64,000 bases of DNA from an uncultured Bacilli bacterium. Its GTDB lineage: Bacteria; Bacillota_I; Bacilli_A; RFN20; DUOF01. Position 1 is the first letter of the stretch. Each line of letters starts with the position of its first letter. Below are positions 1 through 10,389 of this stretch, piece by piece. A program made the translations under genes and the position numbers. The notes under the pieces were generated by a model. It worked only from the letters and a program-made list of their open reading frames with translations, did no database searches and was not told the origin of the DNA. The stretch spans positions 18,226 through 82,225 of the forward strand of contig CALVUJ010000021.1 of the NCBI GenBank assembly GCA_944363575.1. The letters are read 5' to 3'.

Positions 1-2672
1 TCTAATGATTCTTCTTTTATTTCAAGTATTGGCTTATCTACTAATTCAAAATCAAAACGCAATTGATTATCATCTTGAACACTAATCATTTGAGCGTATT
101 TTAACACTTTAGAATAGTTATATTTTAAAGTTTCTCTATTTAAATTAAATGAATCTAAAGCCCCGGCATCTATTAGTAAATAAACTTGATTTTCATTTAA
201 TTTATATTTACTCATTCTAACAATAAAATCAATATAATCTTTAAATAAAACTTTGTTACTTTCTTCAATAATATTTTTTATAAACTGGCTATTAATTCCT
301 TTAATATGACTTAACCCATAACTAATTTTATCTTTGCTAATGGCTTTAAAAGCATAATCGCTATGATTGATATCTGGAAGCACTAACATAATGCCGTTTT
401 CCTTAGCTTCACTTACATATTCCGAAAACTTATCTCCAAAAGCAAAAGATTTCATCACGCATGCAAAGAAAATTGCTGGATAATATAGTTTTAAGTATGC
501 CATTTGGACTGCTACTAAAGCATAACAAATAGTATGAGCCTTGTTAAATCCATAACTAGCAAACTTTAAGATAAGACTAAATACTTCATTTGCTTTTTCT
601 TTACTATGTCCTTTATTTATGCTCCCTTTTATAAACTCTTCTTTTAAAGCAATCATTTTACTTTCTTCTTTTTTAGAAATAGCTCTTCTTAAAATATCAG
701 CTTTGGCTAAAGAAAAACCTGCAAAAGTTGTAGCAATTTGCAAAATCTGTTCCTGATAAACAATAATCCCATAAGTTGGTTTTAAAATACTTTCTAAACA
801 TGGATCAATGTATTCTATCTTTAATTTGCCATTTTTTCTTAGGGTAAATTCTTCGATAAAGTCACGAGGACCTGGCCTAAATAAAGCTATGATTGAGGCT
901 ACATCATCAAAATTTTGAGGATTTACTATCTTAATAGTTTTCTTCATTCCTTCACTTTCAAGTTGAAATAAACCAGAAGTTTTACCTTCTGCTATCATTT
1001 TATAAATTTTAGAATCATCATAATTAATATTATTTAAATCGATATGTACATCATAAAGTTTTTTTATTTCTTTTAAGCATTCATCAATAATTGTTAAATT
1101 GCGTATCCCTAATAAATCCATCTTTAAAAGACCTAAATCTTCTAAATAATTCATATCATATTGGACGACTAAGTTTTTTCCATCACTAATGATTGGTAAA
1201 ATATTGACTAAACTATCGTTTGCAATAATGATACCTGCCGCATGTAATGATGTTTGTCTTGGTAAATCTTCTAATGCTAAAGCAATATTATAAACATCTA
1301 AATACTTTTCATCACTTTCAATAAAATCTTTAAATTCTTTTGATAGTTCAATCATCTTTTTTAAACTAGAATGTCCACTTCGATGTGCCTTTTTAGAAAG
1401 TAATTCTATATCTTGCTTGCTAAGGCCCATTACTTTTGCACAATCTCTTAAAACTTGCTTAGCAGCTAAAGTAGAAAAGGTAACAATATTAGCAACTCTA
1501 TCATACCCATATTTTTCTTTTAAATAAAGCACTACCTCATCTCTTCTATTATCTTGAAAATCAATATCAATATCAGGCATACTTATTCTTTCAACATTTA
1601 AAAATCTCTCAAATAATAAATCATATTTTAAAGGATCTACATTAGTAATTCCTAAAACGTACGCTACTAGACTACCTGCTCCACTTCCTCTACCAGGCCC
1701 TACTAAAATATCGTGTGTTTTTGCATACTTTACATAATCATAAACAATTAAAAAATAATTAGCAAAACCCATTTCGTTAATAACTTTTAATTCTTTTTCC
1801 AATCTATCAACATATTTTTTATCTTTAATAAAAGCACTATTTCTTTTTTCTAACCCTTTGTAAGCTAGTTTAGTTAAATATGCACTAGAGTCAAACCCCT
1901 CTTCTTCTTTATATTTAGCAATTTTCAAAGGTTGCTTACTAAATTCTAAATTAACTAATGACACTATCTCTTTAACATTTTCAATTTCTTCATAAGTAAA
2001 ATTATTCCTTTTTTCATCATCACTTAAAAAATACCCATTTTCAATATATTCTTTATTTCTGGCATACCCTATTATTTCATTATTTTTAATAGCTTTCAAA
2101 ACATCGATATTTTCTAAATCTTTCCTATCTTTACTAACAATATTATTAAAATATACTTTTTTACAATTTAACTCTCTTAAATAAGAATTAAAACGATATA
2201 AATCTTTATTTTCATAATACTCCATACCTATATAAAAATAAGGAAAAGTTTCTTTATAATAATCTAAAAAGCAAGCACAATCTTCCTTACTAAATTTACT
2301 TAACCCTCTAAACCCTGGGACAATAACAATAAAATGATTTCTATACTCTTTTATCATTTCTAAAGATAACTTATTATTCTTACCATCATTAATAAAACTA
2401 GATAGTTTAACTAACCCTAAATACCCTTCATAATCTTTCGCTATTAAACAAAGAGTAACACTATTATCCAAGTCAAACTCCACTCCTATTAAAGGTTTAA
2501 TATGTTCTTTTAGACAATTATTATAAAACTCCATACATCCATACATAACATTTTTATCCATTATCCCTAAAAATTTATATCCCCTTTGTTTAGCAATCAT
2601 AATAATATCATCTACTTTAAGAGTGCTAGAAAGAAAAGTATAACCTGTTTTTAAACATAACTCTCCTTCCAT
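1..2672 (-). CDS. dnaE: DNA polymerase III alpha subunit (3' part runs off the left edge)
   Basis: Not in ORF track; manual translation gives PHP-like N-terminus MEGELCLKTGYTFLSSTLKVDDIIMIAKQRGY and the conserved GPGRGSGAGSLVAYVLGITNVDPLKYDLLFERFLNVERISMPDIDIDF motif near 1560-1700. Confidence 0.95.
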   Translation of the reverse strand, partial: MEGELCLKTGYTFLSSTLKVDDIIMIAKQRGYKFLGIMDKNVMYGCMEFYNNCLKEHIKPLIGVEFDLDNSVTLCLIAKDYEGYLGLVKLSSFINDGKNNKLSLEMIKEYRNHFIVIVPGFRGLSKFSKEDCACFLDYYKETFPYFYIGMEYYENKDLYRFNSYLRELNCKKVYFNNIVSKDRKDLENIDVLKAIKNNEIIGYARNKEYIENGYFLSDDEKRNNFTYEEIENVKEIVSLVNLEFSKQPLKIAKYKEEEGFDSSAYLTKLAYKGLEKRNSAFIKDKKYVDRLEKELKVINEMGFANYFLIVYDYVKYAKTHDILVGPGRGSGAGSLVAYVLGITNVDPLKYDLLFERFLNVERISMPDIDIDFQDNRRDEVVLYLKEKYGYDRVANIVTFSTLAAKQVLRDCAKVMGLSKQDIELLSKKAHRSGHSSLKKMIELSKEFKDFIESDEKYLDVYNIALALEDLPRQTSLHAAGIIIANDSLVNILPIISDGKNLVVQYDMNYLEDLGLLKMDLLGIRNLTIIDECLKEIKKLYDVHIDLNNINYDDSKIYKMIAEGKTSGLFQLESEGMKKTIKIVNPQNFDDVASIIALFRPGPRDFIEEFTLRKNGKLKIEYIDPCLESILKPTYGIIVYQEQILQIATTFAGFSLAKADILRRAISKKEESKMIALKEEFIKGSINKGHSKEKANEVFSLILKFASYGFNKAHTICYALVAVQMAYLKLYYPAIFFACVMKSFAFGDKFSEYVSEAKENGIMLVLPDINHSDYAFKAISKDKISYGLSHIKGINSQFIKNIIEESNKVLFKDYIDFIVRMSKYKLNENQVYLLIDAGALDSFNLNRETLKYNYSKVLKYAQMISVQDDNQLRFDFELVDKPILEIKEESL

Positions 2673-2676
2673 AATA

Positions 2677-3993
2677 TCACCCCTCTTCTATATTATTTAT
2701 TATTTCAAAATCTTTTTTTATTTCACCTTTATAATGATAATAGTTTTCACAATCATTTTCTACTTCTTTTAAATGTTTTAAAAGATCATTTTTTAATATT
2801 ATACTAGAATATTTTTTCTCTATTATATAAATAACTATACAATATAAACAAATACAAACTAAATTTATTACTAATAAGATATTATAAACATTTAACGAAT
2901 TACTGAAACTTGCTATAAGTAATGCAATATAAGAAATTACTCTTCCTATATTTAAGAAAACTTCCGCTATTATGTTATGCTCTACTGCATATTTAATTTT
3001 CCCTGTAATTCTTATTATTCCCATTCTTTTTTGCGAGTTTATGTTATCAGGAACAATCATAGCAACTGTATATAAGATATTAAAAATAACAATGGTCGTT
3101 TTACTTATCTCTAAAAATAAAGTTCCAATTCCTACTACACATAACCCTAAACATAAAAAGATTATTTTGGAATATTTAGAAGAATAACCTTTCATAAATA
3201 AAAAGGTAGTTACAATAGCTACTATAGACATTATTGAAGAAAGTGAACCCAAACTGACATTACTATTAAAAGTTAAAACAATTAAAATAGTTATTAAGGT
3301 TCCTGTACTTGCTCTTAATCCATTAGCAAAACTCATTAAGTAGCATTCTATAAAAGCCTTTTCTTGTTTATTCTTTTTAATATCGCGAATTAATCCTTTA
3401 ATGCAAAGCTTTTTTTCTTCTTCTTTTCTATTAATGAGTAAGAAGGTGCAGAAAAATAAAATGGCACAAATGATACACGCATAAACAACTGTTTGAATAA
3501 AAGAACCTGCATCTATAATAGATCCTAGAGCAATAGGTGCTACAATACTAACAATATACCCCCAAATGTTATAGATTCCATAAAATTTTTGCATAGATTT
3601 TGAACTAATAGCTTCATTCATCATAACATTATAACTAGACCAATATATCCCTGAAGTTAACCCATAAAGCAAGGCTACTATCACAATATAATCCGTTATC
3701 TTATCTTTTAATAAAGCAATAACAATTAAAAAGATATATTTAAGAAAGATAGATAAGCGATAAAAATATAATTTATTTCCTTTATGTAAAAAACAACTGA
3801 AAATAGAATAAAAAACACCTAATCCTATATAAAGTACTATATAATACAAAGCAACGTTAAATATATTCCCATTAGAAACAGTTAAAATATACGCTACTAA
3901 AAAAGTTGATACAAATAACTCAATTATTTTCATCAAACAATTGCATACAATATATCCCACTGCTTCTTTTTTTAACTTACCATCTTTCTCCAT
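2677..3993 (-). CDS. MFS-like multi-pass membrane transporter
   Basis: 438 aa with about 12 hydrophobic segments in two halves. Confidence 0.7.
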   Translation of the reverse strand: MEKDGKLKKEAVGYIVCNCLMKIIELFVSTFLVAYILTVSNGNIFNVALYYIVLYIGLGVFYSIFSCFLHKGNKLYFYRLSIFLKYIFLIVIALLKDKITDYIVIVALLYGLTSGIYWSSYNVMMNEAISSKSMQKFYGIYNIWGYIVSIVAPIALGSIIDAGSFIQTVVYACIICAILFFCTFLLINRKEEEKKLCIKGLIRDIKKNKQEKAFIECYLMSFANGLRASTGTLITILIVLTFNSNVSLGSLSSIMSIVAIVTTFLFMKGYSSKYSKIIFLCLGLCVVGIGTLFLEISKTTIVIFNILYTVAMIVPDNINSQKRMGIIRITGKIKYAVEHNIIAEVFLNIGRVISYIALLIASFSNSLNVYNILLVINLVCICLYCIVIYIIEKKYSSIILKNDLLKHLKEVENDCENYYHYKGEIKKDFEIINNIEEG

Positions 3994-3997
3994 GCTA

Positions 3998-5020
3998 CTA
4001 CCTCAACTCTGTAATAATTTCACATTTACCCTCTTTATATTTAAAAGTTGTAATACTCCCATTAACTAAAGTAATCATTGGTTTAACATGCCCTATATCA
4101 GCATCATATATAATTGGAACTTTTAAATTACCTAGTACTTTTTTTAAAGCTTTTGCATAACTAATTTTAACTGTTTGATTATCGTAAAAAAGAGGCCTAC
4201 CAAAAACAATACCCTTACAATACTTAAAATAACCAGCTTGTTTTAATTGATTTAAACATATCATGAATTGACTAGAAGTCATACTAAATGTTTCTAAATA
4301 CCATACAATACCATCCTTACGATACTTATATATAAACTTCTTTACTTTATCATATTTTGTACCTACTAAAGTATTTATAACATCTTGACACCCACCAATT
4401 AACCTTCCTTTTATCTCCACTTCTTTTTCACCATGTAAAGTTTTCCATTCTACTTTTTGACTATAAGTAGGTAAAGCAAATATATTTTCTTCATTCTTTA
4501 TTTCTTCATATTTTTCAAAACTATGTTGAACTAAGTTTTCTCCTTTTAATAACTTTAAATTATTTATAGCGGATTCACTTAAAGAATCTGTTCCAAACTC
4601 GGTTATGCCATTACTATAAATGCTTGCAACATCACATAATGTAGTTAATAAGAAAGTTATATGAGTCGTGTCGCTGTAGCCCTGTACCCATTTAGGTGTG
4701 CTATTTTTAATTTTAGAATAGTTGATATAAGGAACCGTTTCATATTCAAAATCCCCACCTGCTACGTTAAAAACCATTTTAGATGTTTCATTTAAATAAG
4801 CCTCATTAAACTTATGACCCCTTACTCTAGCAGAAGCACTCCTATGCATACGATACTTTAAGCAATGATCTTGCATTTCTACTTTAAAACCTTCTTTTTC
4901 TAAATTATCAATTGCTTTTAAATATTTTTTTCTTCTATCTAAATCGTTTTTCCTTACCCCATTAGATAAAGCTGTTAAAATGATATTATCTCCTTTTTTT
5001 AAAAATGCTGGGTACTTCAT
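3998..5020 (-). CDS. S66 family peptidase (LD-carboxypeptidase/MccF-like)
   Basis: GG and GYSDTT catalytic Ser region, GRLIGGC, WYLETF, DADIGH motifs. Confidence 0.9.
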   Translation of the reverse strand: MKYPAFLKKGDNIILTALSNGVRKNDLDRRKKYLKAIDNLEKEGFKVEMQDHCLKYRMHRSASARVRGHKFNEAYLNETSKMVFNVAGGDFEYETVPYINYSKIKNSTPKWVQGYSDTTHITFLLTTLCDVASIYSNGITEFGTDSLSESAINNLKLLKGENLVQHSFEKYEEIKNEENIFALPTYSQKVEWKTLHGEKEVEIKGRLIGGCQDVINTLVGTKYDKVKKFIYKYRKDGIVWYLETFSMTSSQFMICLNQLKQAGYFKYCKGIVFGRPLFYDNQTVKISYAKALKKVLGNLKVPIIYDADIGHVKPMITLVNGSITTFKYKEGKCEIITELR

Positions 5021-5889
5021 TTTCTATCTCCTTTGATAAAACATTTTTGCTTTAAACTAGCTTCATAAGCAATTATAGTTGTAGCAATCGCTACATTTAA
5101 AGAATCACATTGTCCTAACATTGGAATCATAATCATTTCATAATCTCCTTCATACCAAGGTTTCGTAATCCCATAACGTTCACTTCCTACAATCAAGGCC
5201 ACTCGCCCTTCAAATTTATCTTCATAATATGCCTTCTTAGCCCTAGTGTCTGTTAAATAGATTTTAAAGTTTTTCTTAAGCAACCAACTTTTACAATCTT
5301 CTACACTATTAAATTCTACAATAGGGATAGTAAAGGCTGCCCCCATACTACCTTTAATAATTTTAGGGTGAGTAATTCTGGCCCTTCTATTACAAATAAA
5401 CACACCATCAATTCCTGCTCCATCACAAGTTCTTAAAATAGTCCCTACATTACCAGGTATTTCTAATCCATCTAAAACAATAATAATATTATTTTTATTT
5501 AGTTTTATATCATCTAAAGAAGATAAAGGAAATTTACAAATAGAAATCATCCCTTTAGGATCATCCTTTTCACATATTTTCATAAATGTTTTTAAAGATA
5601 CTTGATAGGTTTTTTTAGCTTTTTTAAAAAAACTTTCTACTAAATTCATAGCTTCTGGACTAGTAATTATCTCTTGGCAAAAAATAAAAGAATCAACTTC
5701 TAAATCATTATTTAAAGCTTTTTCATGTGCCCATATACCATCTATAATAAAAAAATGTTGCTTGTTAGGTTTAGTATTATTAAGAAGAGCCATAACTTCT
5801 TTAATCTTTCCATTTTGTGGCCCGATAGCTTCTATTTTATTTTTATTTTCTTCCATAAACTTTTTAATTCTAACTTCTACACTATCCAT
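5017..5889 (-). CDS. TrmH/SpoU family RNA methyltransferase
   Basis: LDGLEIPGNVGTILRT, VGSERYG, IPMLGQCDSLNVA SPOUT motifs. Confidence 0.92.
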   Translation of the reverse strand: MDSVEVRIKKFMEENKNKIEAIGPQNGKIKEVMALLNNTKPNKQHFFIIDGIWAHEKALNNDLEVDSFIFCQEIITSPEAMNLVESFFKKAKKTYQVSLKTFMKICEKDDPKGMISICKFPLSSLDDIKLNKNNIIIVLDGLEIPGNVGTILRTCDGAGIDGVFICNRRARITHPKIIKGSMGAAFTIPIVEFNSVEDCKSWLLKKNFKIYLTDTRAKKAYYEDKFEGRVALIVGSERYGITKPWYEGDYEMIMIPMLGQCDSLNVAIATTIIAYEASLKQKCFIKGDRK

Positions 5890-6002
5890 GAAATCACCTT
5901 TTATATTATAAACTATTTTATTCTTTTTTTTAAATAAAAGCTAAATACTATTATTATTTTTTTGTGTGTGATATACTTTTAGTAAAGAAAGGTACAGGGA
6001 AG

Positions 6003-6203
6003 ATGAAAGGTAGAGTAAAGAATTTTAATAATAAAAAGGGTTATGGTTTTATTAAAACGGAAGAAGGAAAAGATTTATTTTTCCACTACAGCGATATTAT
6101 AATGGAAGGATATAAAACCGTAAGTGCTGGACAAATCGTAGAATTTGAAGTAATAGAAACCGATAAAGGACTAAGGGCCATTAATATTAAAGTTATTGAA
6201 TAG
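6003..6203 (+). CDS. Cold-shock protein (likely start ATG 6003 rather than 5964)
   Basis: KGYGFI (RNP1) and LFFHYS (RNP2) motifs. Confidence 0.95.
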   Translation: MKGRVKNFNNKKGYGFIKTEEGKDLFFHYSDIIMEGYKTVSAGQIVEFEVIETDKGLRAINIKVIE

Positions 6204-6310
6204 CAATAACTTTTTTATTTTATTATTTTTTTAGTTACTTTTCTTTATTATACTAGTATATTTAGGTATAATATTTGTGTGATTATTTCACAAGGAGGAT
6301 TAGACGTTAG

Positions 6311-6514
6311 ATGAATGGTACAGTAAAGAGTTTTAACAAAAGAAAGGGTTACGGGTTTATTAACACTAATGATGGCGACTCAGTTTTCTTCCATTATAGC
6401 GAATTAAAAATGGATGGTTTCAAAACTATTAACCCTGACCAAAAAGTTAACTTTGAACTTATTGAATCAGAAAAAGGCTTAAGAGCTATTAACATTTCAA
6501 TTGAAAACAACTAA
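6311..6514 (+). CDS. Cold-shock protein, second tandem copy
   Basis: KGYGFI and VFFHYS motifs; GGAGG RBS upstream. Confidence 0.95.
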   Translation: MNGTVKSFNKRKGYGFINTNDGDSVFFHYSELKMDGFKTINPDQKVNFELIESEKGLRAINISIENN

Positions 6515-6540
6515 AAGCAGCAAATAATTTGCTGTTTTTT
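6514..6540. terminator. Bidirectional intrinsic terminator
   Basis: AAAAGCAGCAAATAATTTGCTGTTTTT hairpin between convergent genes. Confidence 0.75.
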
Positions 6541-6544
6541 TATA

Positions 6545-8455
6545 CTAATTTACGATTTTCAGATAACCAAAATATTCTTTTTTAAATTTATTATAAAAAA
6601 GTTCAAGTAATATCAAAACACTAATTCCAACAATACTTACACTAACATTAAAAATGAAAAGATACTTTTTCATTTTTTTAATTTTATTAACCAAATAATT
6701 AATAATTTCTTTATACTCGTTATAATCTACATAATCATCTTCTTTTATCTCTTCATAAATCAAAATATTTTTAATTACTAAATCTTCATTCAAAAAATTT
6801 AACTTATATTTAAAAAAATCATAACTCCACTTACTATTTTGATAAAAAAGATATTCATCACTATCAATAACATCTTTAATCAATAAACTAACTTTTTCAA
6901 CACTATCTATATACTCAAAAAATAATTCAATAATCTCCCCCTTACCTTTATTAAGAAGTAAACTTAATTTAGAAGAAATAATTATTTCATCTAAAGTTAA
7001 CTTATCATTTACTACTTTTAAAGATAAATCACTTATATCTTCCTCATCTATTTTAATCAATGAATAAAAAGGCTTAATATAATTACAATTATATCCCTTA
7101 TCTAAACAAACAATATATTTAGAATAATCTATATTTTCATCATAATTACACCCTTCTTTTTTTTCTACTAAATATCTAACATAATCATCTGCTTCTCCAA
7201 TCTTGGTATACTCAAATTCCACTAACAAATCATCCTCATTAATTAAAGAAAAAAGTTCATTAACCTTTTCTTTACTAACATCAAAATAGTACTCTACATA
7301 TTCATAATCTTCCCTAACTTTATTAAATCTATTATTACTTAAAATAACATTATCCTCACTAGCAAATATTTCTTTAATAATATAATTAAAATTATTAATA
7401 GATTTATTAACTAATAAAGTTTGAAGATGTTCTTCATTACATACTTTAATATTATTATTTTTACAAAATAAACGATAATTTAACCCTAAAACTATTTCAT
7501 TTTCTTTTAAATCTTTTTCAATATATTCAATTGAAGTTAAAAGAAAACCATTATCAATATATAAACCATCACTAGTTAAATCAATTTCATATAACTCTTG
7601 ATGATAGTAGTTTGCATTATAATTTTTAATAAAAGATGCCAGTTTTTTTACTACTTCATAAAAAAGATGATCATTTATTTCTAAGATTTTACTCTTTCTT
7701 CTTACATATTGCCCCTCATTAGAGTAAATATTAAAATCTTTAAGATAATTATTAAGATATATAAACCCATACACAATAAATAAGATAGATAATAAAAAAA
7801 TTATTTTTTTTATTAATTGTTTTTTTAAATAGAATAAATAATATTTAAAAGCTATCTTTTTCTCTTCTTTTTTTTGAAGATTTGAAAAAGGCTTTACTTT
7901 CAAACTTTTTAATTTATCTAAATTAATAATTGTTCCCTCTTTAAAACTATTTTTATGGGAAGAAATAATGACTAATTTATCTTTAGAAAGCACTTCTAAT
8001 AAAGAAGTAGCTTTAATTTCATTATCTTTTGATAAAGCACTGAAAGGTTCATCTAATAAAATAATTGTTTTAGATGTATTTAATGCTAAATTTAAAATAA
8101 CTAATTGTTTTTCCCCTAAAGATATTTTACTTACCTTTTTATCTAACAAATGAGTAATACTTAAATACTCGATAAAAGTTACCTTTTCTATATCTATAAA
8201 AAGTTTTAATATATCTTTAACTTTTAAATCACTAACTAATTTACTATCACTACTAAAATATAAAGGAGATTCTTTTACATACAAACTACCTTCATACTTA
8301 TCATCTTTACCCCCTAAAATATTTAAAAGTGTTGTCTTGCCTTTTCCGCTTTTACCTATGACTAAATACAACCCTTTTTCCGCAAATTTATAACTAAAGT
8401 TTTTAAAGATATAAGATTTGCTATATCTTTTAGATAACTTAAATATTTTTATCAT
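6545..8455 (-). CDS. ABC ATPase fused to a permease/extracellular region (MacB/FtsX-like)
   Basis: Walker A GKSGKGKT, signature-like ISLGEKQ, Walker B ILLDEP, then a TM helix and long extracellular region. Confidence 0.75.
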   Translation of the reverse strand: MIKIFKLSKRYSKSYIFKNFSYKFAEKGLYLVIGKSGKGKTTLLNILGGKDDKYEGSLYVKESPLYFSSDSKLVSDLKVKDILKLFIDIEKVTFIEYLSITHLLDKKVSKISLGEKQLVILNLALNTSKTIILLDEPFSALSKDNEIKATSLLEVLSKDKLVIISSHKNSFKEGTIINLDKLKSLKVKPFSNLQKKEEKKIAFKYYLFYLKKQLIKKIIFLLSILFIVYGFIYLNNYLKDFNIYSNEGQYVRRKSKILEINDHLFYEVVKKLASFIKNYNANYYHQELYEIDLTSDGLYIDNGFLLTSIEYIEKDLKENEIVLGLNYRLFCKNNNIKVCNEEHLQTLLVNKSINNFNYIIKEIFASEDNVILSNNRFNKVREDYEYVEYYFDVSKEKVNELFSLINEDDLLVEFEYTKIGEADDYVRYLVEKKEGCNYDENIDYSKYIVCLDKGYNCNYIKPFYSLIKIDEEDISDLSLKVVNDKLTLDEIIISSKLSLLLNKGKGEIIELFFEYIDSVEKVSLLIKDVIDSDEYLFYQNSKWSYDFFKYKLNFLNEDLVIKNILIYEEIKEDDYVDYNEYKEIINYLVNKIKKMKKYLFIFNVSVSIVGISVLILLELFYNKFKKEYFGYLKIVN

Positions 8456-10161
8456 AGTTTCACTCTCCTTTTATAACTTTTATTTACTAGAATCCTACTA
8501 ACAAATAAAAAACTAAAAAGGATGAAAAGATATATTTTAATATTTATAAAGATTTTAGAAAAAAGAAAATAAAAAAGTAAAACATTAACGATTAAACTTA
8601 ATAAAAAAGATGTAATAATTAAAAAGTTTTGTTCTTTATTAATAAAAAGAGAAGCTTTAAGACCCATTGCTTTAAAAAAAGATATTTCTTGATTCTTAGA
8701 CTTAATTTTCTTTTTAAGTAATTTAATTAAGTAATAAAAAGAAAAAAGAATTAAGATAATGCTATATTTTTGAAGACTTTTTGTACTAGTTAATAAAAGA
8801 TTGTTAATTTCTTGATAAGTTTTGTATGTAGATTCATATTCTATATTATTTTTAGTAAATAGAGATATATTTATGTTTTTAAAATAAACAATATATTTAT
8901 AATTATCAATTTTCAAGTTATGATAATAATCATATAATGATTCAGCATTATTAATTAATTTTTCTTCTTTTAAATAGTTTTCTAGTAATTCATAATCTAA
9001 ATAGTAATAATCATTTTTAAAAAGAAAAGAATCAGAGGAAATGCCCACTACTTTTAAAGTAATAGGTTTAGAGTATAAATCTGTTTTATGGTCTTTTAAC
9101 ACTTTAAAAGAAGATAAAGTAATTGTATCTCCTAAATGATATTTATCATTAGTTATAATTTCATTATACTCTAAAGGATATCTCCCTTCTTTTAAAACTT
9201 TATCTTTTCCTTTTATAACATTAAATTTACTTGTGTCATAAATATAATTCATTAAAAGTTCATAATTATAACTTATTTCTTCCTCATTATTTTCAATTAT
9301 TTTTAAATGTTCTTCATCTAAGTTAAAGCATTGTTTAATATTATTAGATTGCTTACACTGCTTTAAGTAAAACTTATTATAATCTAATATACTTTGTTGA
9401 TTATTGCTTATATAATTTTTTAAATCTTTTTGAATAGTAAAATAAAATATAAAAAGAAAACTTAAAAAGAAAAAGATGATAAAAAAAAGAAGGTTTAAGC
9501 CCTTGTGATATTTTAAAACTTTAAAAAGATAAAAAGTAAAATGATACTTAACTTTAGATTTTTTTATTTTTGGATTAGTTAAATGTTTTTCTTTAATTAA
9601 ATTTAGTTTAGTATCGTTTATTTCATATATATAATCACTATATTTATAAACACTCTCTTTTTCATGGCTTACTAATAAAACGATTTTATTTTTACTAATT
9701 TTTTTTATTTCTTTCATAATTAAAGAAGCGTTATACTTATCTAAGTGACTTGTTGGCTCATCAAATACTTTTAAATTAGATGATGAATATAAAGCTAAAA
9801 GAGTGGCAATTCTTTGTTTTTGTCCTAAAGATAATTCTTTAGGTAAATTGTTTAATTTAGAAAATAAGTGAAATTTTTTTAAAATAAGGGGGTTAATTTT
9901 GAACATTTTGAAATGTTCTAAAATAGTTAAATGCTCTAATAAATTGGTTTCTTGGGAGACAAAAGAGACTCTTTTATATTTATTAATCACTTTACCTTTA
10001 TTTACTTTAATAAACTTGCAAATAATATTTAAAAGAGTGGTTTTTCCACTTCCATTTGCACCAATAAAAGAATATAGTCCTGCTTGATCTATTTTTAAAT
10101 TGATTCCGTTTAAAAGAATCTTTTTACGGTAACATTTACTAACTTTAACTAACTTTATCAA
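8452..10161 (-). CDS. ABC ATPase-permease fusion (MacB/FtsX-like)
   Basis: GANGSGKT, LSLGQKQR, VFDEPT; N- and C-terminal TM segments. Confidence 0.8.
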   Translation of the reverse strand: MIKLVKVSKCYRKKILLNGINLKIDQAGLYSFIGANGSGKTTLLNIICKFIKVNKGKVINKYKRVSFVSQETNLLEHLTILEHFKMFKINPLILKKFHLFSKLNNLPKELSLGQKQRIATLLALYSSSNLKVFDEPTSHLDKYNASLIMKEIKKISKNKIVLLVSHEKESVYKYSDYIYEINDTKLNLIKEKHLTNPKIKKSKVKYHFTFYLFKVLKYHKGLNLLFFIIFFFLSFLFIFYFTIQKDLKNYISNNQQSILDYNKFYLKQCKQSNNIKQCFNLDEEHLKIIENNEEEISYNYELLMNYIYDTSKFNVIKGKDKVLKEGRYPLEYNEIITNDKYHLGDTITLSSFKVLKDHKTDLYSKPITLKVVGISSDSFLFKNDYYYLDYELLENYLKEEKLINNAESLYDYYHNLKIDNYKYIVYFKNINISLFTKNNIEYESTYKTYQEINNLLLTSTKSLQKYSIILILFSFYYLIKLLKKKIKSKNQEISFFKAMGLKASLFINKEQNFLIITSFLLSLIVNVLLFYFLFSKIFINIKIYLFILFSFLFVSRILVNKSYKRRVKL

Positions 10162-10200
10162 AAAGATCCCTTTAATATCTATACTAATATTTTCGTATCT

Positions 10201-10389
10201 TTACTCTTTACTTTCAATTTTTTTTACGGCTTTTTCAAATTTATATTTGCTAAGCATAACAACATGTCCGCATCCTAAACACTTAATTTTAACATCTGCT
10301 CCTACACGAATAATTTGCCATCTATTGCATCTAGTTTCACAAGGATGTTCTTTTTTAGTTACAACTATATCATTTAATTTATATTCCAT
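10201..10389 (-). CDS. DUF951 family small protein
   Basis: KKEHPC...WQIIRVGADVKIKCLGCGHVVML pattern. Confidence 0.85.
   Translation of the reverse strand: MEYKLNDIVVTKKEHPCETRCNRWQIIRVGADVKIKCLGCGHVVMLSKYKFEKAVKKIESKE

Noticed and set aside
5964-6514. Tandem cold-shock genes as a novelty
   Set aside because: csp paralog pairs are common; both copies look ordinary.
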